Both the position numbers and the translations under genes were made by a program. Positions 58,350 to 64,000 of a DNA stretch of 64,000 nucleotides are shown piece by piece; position 1 is the stretch's first letter; each line of letters opens with the position of its first letter. The notes below the pieces were generated by a model. It was given only the letters and a program-made list of their open reading frames with translations. It made no database searches and was not told the origin of the DNA. The DNA comes from an uncultured Poribacteria bacterium (GTDB lineage Bacteria > Poribacteria > WGA-4E > WGA-3G), in NCBI GenBank assembly GCA_951813565.1, contig OX638351.1, positions 1 through 64,000 on the forward strand, read 5' to 3'.

Positions 58350-58658
58350 ATTAGACATTATAACGTTTTAATTGTGAGTTATTGGTCTACGGAAAAATCT
58401 TATGTTTGTCCGTTGGGCAGATGAGGCATCGCGCGCAACTTTCTGAATCGCGGATTTATCGGATGACGCAGATGGCACGGATTATTGGATACTGGTAACA
58501 ACAAGTCGTTTTCATAATGTCCGGTCAATAACAGAAGGCGTGCATGCGTCCGTTGAATGTGCGGATACAAAGTTCTTAAAATCCGCGTCATCCGATAAAT
58601 CTGCGATAATCCGCGATTCTGACAACACAACGCAGATTAAATCATTATAATGTCTAAT
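58350..58658. mobile_element. MITE-like element (ATTAGACATTATAA.G.TTTAAT TIR) with internal 9-bp-period inverted repeats
   Basis: 21/23 TIR match; inner TCTGAATCGCGGATT..AATCCGCGATTCTGAC at 58441-58624. Confidence 0.6.
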
Positions 58659-59000
58659 ATAGACGTTCAAGAGATTCATCCATGAAAATGTGATGAAATT
58701 AATCCGGTCATTATTAGTGTCAGCTCCCTCATCTTTGATAATAGGAATAATCGTGACTCTTTTTGTATTGAGACCGTACGTGTTGTAAATACGTGGAAAT
58801 GGATATGTCCGGGTTCGTTTTGGAGTTTTCCATTGTGAGTATGCGATATTGTTTCCCGGAGTTCCAAAGTTAATCAACCCGTAAGCACCAGCTTTATTTA
58901 CATCAAATTGAGTAATATCGTGACACTTCAATTTCTCTGTACCCAAAAAGGGTGTGTATTTTACATTCTTCACAAACCCTTTTAAAGAGACTGTTTTCAC
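58655..59000 (-). pseudogene. Truncated gene, possibly a type II restriction endonuclease N-terminus
   Basis: GGAGG RBS + GTG; WKTPKRTRTYPFPRIYN..PIIKDEG..DRINF; frame runs into the MITE after NVYI. Confidence 0.45.
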
Positions 59001-59086
59001 AAAACGCCTCCGTGTAGAATCTTAGAAGGTTTCTGAATTTGTCTTATGAGTGAATGCTAAAAGTATATCACACATGGCTGCAATTT

Positions 59087-59950
59087 TCAAAAAATAAAAC
59101 GCATAGATAAAAACAGATACCGACTACAAAACTCACCCAAAAATACAGTAATTATTGCAATGAAAAGAAAACCTGTTGCTGCCCGCGTCGCCCCGATTTC
59201 ATCCTTAGCAACAGACTTTTCACGCAAACAATCCCAAGAAATAAAATACAGAACCAATGTGCCGCCAAACCCAATTCCTAACCGCATCCAAAATATGAGT
59301 TGGTAATGAAAATTAAATGGCGCAACATTTTCTGTTTGCGACCTAAAAAACATATTTATGCAGAAAAGAGAGATTGTTACAACCAATGTCCATAGTAAAA
59401 CAGTGTTAAATCGTCTCAGATAAGTCACAGGTAAATCAGGAATTACAAGATACCAGTGACCAAACCACATCCCACTATGGACTGCACCGAGTAGCACTGC
59501 TGACACTAAAAATTGGAATGGCAATATAAATGTTGCATCGGGAAACTGGACATTTTTGAAGTGGGGCAAAGCGCTAAATACAATCCACACGATACCACAG
59601 AGAATCCCGCTATAGAATAGTATCTGGGTAAGCAAAGACGATTTAAACCACCAACTCAGTGTATAAGCAAAAATGAGTAGAACGAAACTAATTACCAAAA
59701 CGGATTCGGTGTCGTGCCAGAATCCAAAAAAATTAAAAAAAGTAACCGGTTGCTGGCTTAGGTACAGGTTTGCACAACGTGCTAAACCACTCACAAGCAG
59801 GTAGATGCTTCCCATCAACCGATAAAAATTTGCACCGACCAAACCTTTCGGTATAAGGAGCATCGTTACAAACCCGCCTACAGCGAGTTGACTGAAAACA
59901 AGGTAAAAAATCTCTGCAATACTGAACATCTGTTGTAAGAAAAACCCCAC
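59087..59950 (-). CDS. Polytopic membrane protein (DmsC/NrfD anchor-like)
   Basis: About 8 TM helices; SQLAVGG, MWFGHWYL, ATGFLF..GE..SR. Confidence 0.6.
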   Translation of the reverse strand: MGFFLQQMFSIAEIFYLVFSQLAVGGFVTMLLIPKGLVGANFYRLMGSIYLLVSGLARCANLYLSQQPVTFFNFFGFWHDTESVLVISFVLLIFAYTLSWWFKSSLLTQILFYSGILCGIVWIVFSALPHFKNVQFPDATFILPFQFLVSAVLLGAVHSGMWFGHWYLVIPDLPVTYLRRFNTVLLWTLVVTISLFCINMFFRSQTENVAPFNFHYQLIFWMRLGIGFGGTLVLYFISWDCLREKSVAKDEIGATRAATGFLFIAIITVFLGEFCSRYLFLSMRFIF

Positions 59951-60030
59951 TATAGTTTAACACCATAATGGGGTTAGCGTCCGTTCACTTTGTTAAGCAT
60001 GCCTCCACAGTTTGAAGGCGAAAACACAAG

Positions 60031-60432
60031 TTAGACAATCTCAACGACTGCACCGACAGCTTCAAGTTGCTCTTTGGTTTTTTCAGCATCTTCTTTGCTG
60101 ATACCTTCTTGGATAACAACTGGTGCTGATTCAACCTTTTCTTTCGCTTCCTTCAAACCAAGCCCTGTAATGGCACGAACTTCTTTAATAAGCGGAATTT
60201 TCTGCCCACCAATCTCTTTGAGTTGGACATCAAATTCGGTTTGCTCTGCTGCTTCCTCAGCTTCAGCTTCCGATGCAGCGCCTGCTGCTGCTGGTACTGC
60301 TCCCGCTACTGCCATTGCTGGCATGGCAGAAGCACTTACACCAAATTTATCTTCAAGTGCTTTTACCAGTTCGGAGAGTTCCAGAACAGTCATCTCACTA
60401 ATTTCATCAATCAATTTTTCTATATCTGCCAT
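60031..60432 (-). CDS. rplL: 50S ribosomal protein L7/L12
   Basis: [35 protein letters not shown]. Confidence 0.98.
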   Translation of the reverse strand: MADIEKLIDEISEMTVLELSELVKALEDKFGVSASAMPAMAVAGAVPAAAGAASEAEAEEAAEQTEFDVQLKEIGGQKIPLIKEVRAITGLGLKEAKEKVESAPVVIQEGISKEDAEKTKEQLEAVGAVVEIV

Positions 60433-60466
60433 TTTTACAATCCTTTCTTAATTTCAATAGTTATGC

Positions 60467-61027
60467 CTATTCGGCTGCTTTCTTCTGGTCAGCGATCTGT
60501 GTTAACACAGATGTCACCTGACCTATTGTATTACTAAGCACATTGACAAACCGAGTCATAGGTGACCCGTTATTTAAGACTCCGACAAGCCCATACAGCG
60601 GCGCACTGATGCCTCCGATAGCCTTACCAATCAAAACCTCTTTTGAAGGCATATCCTGTAGTGCTTTAACGCCGTTCGCGTCAACTACCTGTGTTCCAAG
60701 GATACCACCTTTAATTTTTAGGCTTTCATGTTCTTCGCTAAACTCAAAGAGGATTTTACTGGAGGTAGCAGGGTCATCGCTTGCCGCAAGAGCAGTGTTA
60801 CCTGTTAAGTATGGCGCAAGTCCATCAATTTCTCGTTCTTGCGCAACGACATTAATTAATGTATTCTTGCAGACTTTATACTGAATATTTGCGGCACGTA
60901 ACTGCTGCCGCAAATCGTTCACCTCAGCGACCGTAAGTCCCTGAAAATCTGCTAAAAGAATTACATCCGAACTTTCAAAAAGTTCACGAATTTGTCCAAC
61001 CTGCTGAATATTTGCTTCATTCGGCAT
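60467..61027 (-). CDS. rplJ: 50S ribosomal protein L10
   Basis: DFQGLTVAEVNDLR, VCKNTL, LKIKGG; upstream of rplL. Confidence 0.97.
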   Translation of the reverse strand: MPNEANIQQVGQIRELFESSDVILLADFQGLTVAEVNDLRQQLRAANIQYKVCKNTLINVVAQEREIDGLAPYLTGNTALAASDDPATSSKILFEFSEEHESLKIKGGILGTQVVDANGVKALQDMPSKEVLIGKAIGGISAPLYGLVGVLNNGSPMTRFVNVLSNTIGQVTSVLTQIADQKKAAE

Positions 61028-61068
61028 TGGTTAGCTCCTTTCACGTCTCGACTATTCCGCTCAGAAAT

Positions 61069-61210
61069 AGAAAAACCCCCAGAAACCTGGAGGCTTGACC
61101 TAACTACGGAAGTCAAAAAAACTGGCTTCGGTGCATAAACACGAAGTGTTTTCCAACCTTATCCGAGTCTCGGTAGGCAATTAAGCCAAAAGCCCCTACT
61201 TTCTACAACT
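61069..61210 (-). promoter_or_regulatory. L10 leader autoregulatory RNA with attenuator hairpin
   Basis: Minus strand AGAAAGTAGGGGC..GGCTTAATTGCCTACCGAG fits the L10-leader core; downstream AAGCCTCCAGGTTTCTGGGGGGTTTTT terminator. Confidence 0.75.
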
Positions 61211-61496
61211 CTATTCTATTTTATGGAATTTGTCGTTTGTTTCCTATAATATTTCAAGACCTTCACACAACAAGATAGTCTGCACACTTGTCATCCGGTT
61301 CAACGTTGATCTTGGCGATCTGTTCACAAAACGCTGGTGTCATCCACAGCCACGCATTAGAAATCTAATACACCAACGATTCGTTCATCAATACGCTTCG
61401 TTACGAAACATAGCAAGTTCTCGCCGTAACCGTCTATCTGCGCGGTCTGATTCTTGAAATGCTTCGCCTCATAGTTCAAGTAGTGAGGCCATAATA

Positions 61497-62024
61497 TCAA
61501 TATGAAAAAATGTTTGCGATTGTCCAAATAAAACTAATGAATCCAAATAAGGTGAATTGGGTCACGGATCCAATACGAATTATATGATAACGTGAGTTTG
61601 ATAAATAGTTAGAACTTCCACATTTCCTCTTAAAGTCCCTCTGATAAGGGGGATTTAGGGGGTTAAAAACGCCAAAATAACGATTTTTTCAGCAAATATG
61701 CCCGTTCTCTGTTCAATTTTTGCCTGTCCAGTTAATTATCAAACTCACGTTATGATAAGTAATTATTTGAACCAATATTTGACACACAAATGTGCCAACG
61801 CCTGCTAAAATAAGACCAATCCAACCTAACATCAATAATCCGTTAAGACAAGCAAGGGGCAAAGCCAAAAACATATACCATCTCATAATTGCAGATCCGA
61901 TGGCAGTTGAAGCCCACATTGGATTATATAATACACCTTCCCCTCTGATTTTATAATAATTCATTCTGGAAATACCATTATACGCGATGGAATGGACAAT
62001 TATAAAAATTATTAGAGGAAGCAT
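61497..62024 (-). pseudogene. Hypothetical membrane protein split by MITE insertion
   Basis: Removing 61590-61750 plus one TSD restores ..QIITYHIIRIGSVTQFTLFGFISFIWTIANIFSY*. Confidence 0.75.
61590..61750. mobile_element. 161-bp MITE (ACGTGAGTTTGATAA TIR)
   Basis: Perfect 15-bp TIR; 7-bp direct repeat TATGATA at 61583-61589 and 61751-61757; internal CCCTCTGATAAGGGGGATTTAGGGGG hairpin repeat. Confidence 0.9.
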
Positions 62025-62036
62025 TACACCCGCACC

Positions 62037-62402
62037 TTACTTTAATTTCGTTCGCCGACCACGAACAGGTGGTAATAACTCCCAGCCTCTATCTTCAAGT
62101 GATTTCTTTATTTGTTCATACTCTTCCATATCAGGTTTTATTTCAATTTGAGCGGGGAACTTGCCATTCTTGGGTTTCACAGACAGATGAATATATGATA
62201 AAGATTTATGACGGAGTATATGCTTTATTTCGCCATTGTTATCATACCAAGTAAATAAATCATGTGAACCTCTATTTAACACACTGGTTTCATAGTTTTC
62301 TGGTCTATCATATTGATTTAATTTTATACCTGTCTCCAAAACAGTTCTTTGTTTCGCTTCTTTTTCTATTGTTTCAAATAACTTTTGAAATATGTTGCTC
62401 AT
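62037..62402 (-). CDS. Hypothetical protein
   Basis: 121-aa ORF with GGAGG RBS, AT-rich. Confidence 0.7.
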   Translation of the reverse strand: MSNIFQKLFETIEKEAKQRTVLETGIKLNQYDRPENYETSVLNRGSHDLFTWYDNNGEIKHILRHKSLSYIHLSVKPKNGKFPAQIEIKPDMEEYEQIKKSLEDRGWELLPPVRGRRTKLK

Positions 62403-62456
62403 CTATACCTCCACTTTGAAATGTTTAGTCTCTTAATTCAAGTAGTATGCTATAAA

Positions 62457-62903
62457 TTAGATATTGTCTGGTATAATTGAACATACAGTCATGTAAAGAC
62501 GTTGTGATAAATAATTTAAATCCGCAGGTCTATTTGGAAATACCCAAGGAATGAGGTGTAAATGATTTAGATCTTCTAACACTACGGTATATGCAACCGC
62601 TTGGAATTTCAATTGCTGATTTTCACCCATTTCTAATTCTGCGGTAGTAAGGATACCATCAATTTCATCTTCCGTATACTCTTTATGGTGTGTTTGTAAA
62701 ACAATTTTATATAAATCTTCATGTGATAGATCAGGATGTGTTGATTTAGCACGATAATAAAAGAAAAGTAGATATTTTAGATGCTTTTTTATCACACGAA
62801 AAGCGAATGATCTACTAATAAGGTAATGCGGTCTTCTTAAAAATGGCAAAAAAATAGCAAATGGACCAATAATCTTTGAAGTGAGCCAAAGTAAACCACT
62901 CAT
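62457..62903 (-). CDS. Hypothetical protein with hydrophobic N-terminus
   Basis: 148-aa AT-rich ORF co-oriented with rplA. Confidence 0.65.
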   Translation of the reverse strand: MSGLLWLTSKIIGPFAIFLPFLRRPHYLISRSFAFRVIKKHLKYLLFFYYRAKSTHPDLSHEDLYKIVLQTHHKEYTEDEIDGILTTAELEMGENQQLKFQAVAYTVVLEDLNHLHLIPWVFPNRPADLNYLSQRLYMTVCSIIPDNI

Positions 62904-62998
62904 ATCCGAACCTTGAAGTTTCTATTCTGCCGCGCAATACGTTCTTTGCGTTGCTGCCGTTCATGCTCAAACCGACTGACACGCAATTCGCGAATCAC
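62900..62998 (-). CDS. Putative 32-aa Arg-rich small protein
   Basis: GTG overlaps rplA stop (GTGA); its TGA overlaps the next ATG (ATGA): [32 protein letters not shown]. Confidence 0.45.
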   Translation of the reverse strand: MIRELRVSRFEHERQQRKERIARQNRNFKVRI

Positions 62999-63693
62999 AG
63001 AAATTGTTGGGGATCAATTCGGATACCAACTCCCATCGTTGAAGAGATCGCAACACTTCTCAGGTAACGTCCTTTTGCTGATGCCGGACGTGCCTTCACG
63101 AGAGCATCCATGATGGTGTTGAGGTTGTCCTTAAGTTGATTTTCTTCAAACGAAACCTTGCCTATTGGTACATGTACAATACCGGAGTCTCGCTCAACAC
63201 GATACTCAATTTGTCCCGCTTTGATGTTCTGAATCGTCTCCGTGACATCCGTTGTCACGGTGCCAGCTTTCGGATTGGGCATTAAGCCTCGCGGTCCGAG
63301 TATCCTTCCTAACTTCGGCATGATGCTACGCATTAAATCCGGTGTTGCGATTGTTGCGTCAAAATCAAGCCAACCGTCAACAATTTTATCAACTAAATCA
63401 TCACTACCGACAAAATCTGCACCTGCTTCCTCGGCTTCCTGTGCCTTGTCACCTTCAGCAAACACAGCAACACGAACAGATTTTCCAGTGCCGTGCGGAA
63501 GCGCAACTGTACCGCGAATATTCTGTTCAGCAAGGCGCGCATCTACACCAAGACGCGAAGCTAAATCAACTGTTTCATCAAACTTTGCAGTACTCGTTTT
63601 TTTCAAGAGTGAGATAGCTTCGTCAACAGTGTAAAAATTTAATCTGTCAACATGCTGCTGAATATCGCTATAACGTTTTCCTTTTTTCGCCAT
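62995..63693 (-). CDS. rplA: 50S ribosomal protein L1
   Basis: [35 protein letters not shown]; start at MAKKGK after GGAG RBS. Confidence 0.98.
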   Translation of the reverse strand: MAKKGKRYSDIQQHVDRLNFYTVDEAISLLKKTSTAKFDETVDLASRLGVDARLAEQNIRGTVALPHGTGKSVRVAVFAEGDKAQEAEEAGADFVGSDDLVDKIVDGWLDFDATIATPDLMRSIMPKLGRILGPRGLMPNPKAGTVTTDVTETIQNIKAGQIEYRVERDSGIVHVPIGKVSFEENQLKDNLNTIMDALVKARPASAKGRYLRSVAISSTMGVGIRIDPQQFL

Positions 63694-63823
63694 TTTGCTC
63701 TCCAAGTTTTATAATACCATATTTAATTGATAAAATATCATAATAGCGTATAGGTCAGGTAGAACGGACGCGAAACCCGACATGGCACTATCCAGATTTT
63801 TTCCTAAATGGGTTAACTTAGGT

Positions 63824-64000
63824 TTAGTTAATATTTAAACCCATGCTCCGTGCTGTGCCTTCAACCATTCGGATTGCTGCTTCTATATTCTTGGTATTAA
63901 GATCAGGTAATTTCGTTTCAGCAATCTCGCGTATCTGATCCTTACTGACAGTGGCGACCTTATTCCGATTCGGTTCACCAGACCCTTTGGCAATTTTCGC
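63824..64000 (-). CDS. rplK: 50S ribosomal protein L11, C-terminal part (truncated by window edge)
   Basis: [40 protein letters not shown]. Confidence 0.96.
   Translation of the reverse strand, partial: AKIAKGSGEPNRNKVATVSKDQIREIAETKLPDLNTKNIEAAIRMVEGTARSMGLNIN

Noticed and set aside
61270..61495. Coding-like fragments (MASLLEL*GEAFQESDRADRRLRRELAMFRNEAY) upstream of the L10 leader
   Set aside because: Short, interrupted by stops and no recognisable family; cannot be supported as a gene

Overview
64-kb bacterial chromosomal window. The gene repertoire (sulfatases, phytanoyl-CoA dioxygenases, Uma2, TRAP/ABC/SSS transporters, a giant FlgD/T9SS-type-CTD surface protein, dense REP/MITE content) resembles Candidatus Poribacteria; this assignment is inference only. 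Contents in order: TRAP DctP (partial); a type III restriction Res gene with no Mod gene, preceded by vapBC and an intact ISKra4/ISLre2-like IS; PcfJ-domain gene; sugar ABC operon; ECF sigma plus DUF4097; TRAP/DUF3311/SSS/GT4 operon; internally deleted ISAs1; two sulfatases; a mazEF-like pair with an odd antitoxin; lactonase; TPR-DUF3857-transglutaminase; a degenerate AccA-like gene; an operon of a 3534-aa Ig-repeat protein, PorV-like barrel and LysM coiled-coil protein; hemE-MBL/TPR-hemH-hemY-pentaheme cytochrome c; an amber-interrupted Uma2; Zn-ADH; and rplK-rplA-[orphan insert]-L10 leader-rplJ-rplL. Most notable: (i) a four-level nest of miniature elements whose innermost layer is a ~35-bp hairpin+GTTGATT unit found inside REPs at two loci; (ii) three MITEs with TA-NNN-TA 7-bp target duplications, one splitting a gene; (iii) a heme operon with a Cys-insert ferrochelatase and a coupled MBL-TPR protein; (iv) the giant cargo/PorV/LysM operon with a possible anti-SD leader; (v) orphan genes coupled to rplA via a 32-aa ORF. 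No rRNA, tRNA or CRISPR array was recognised. Family assignments are by motif recognition, not database search.
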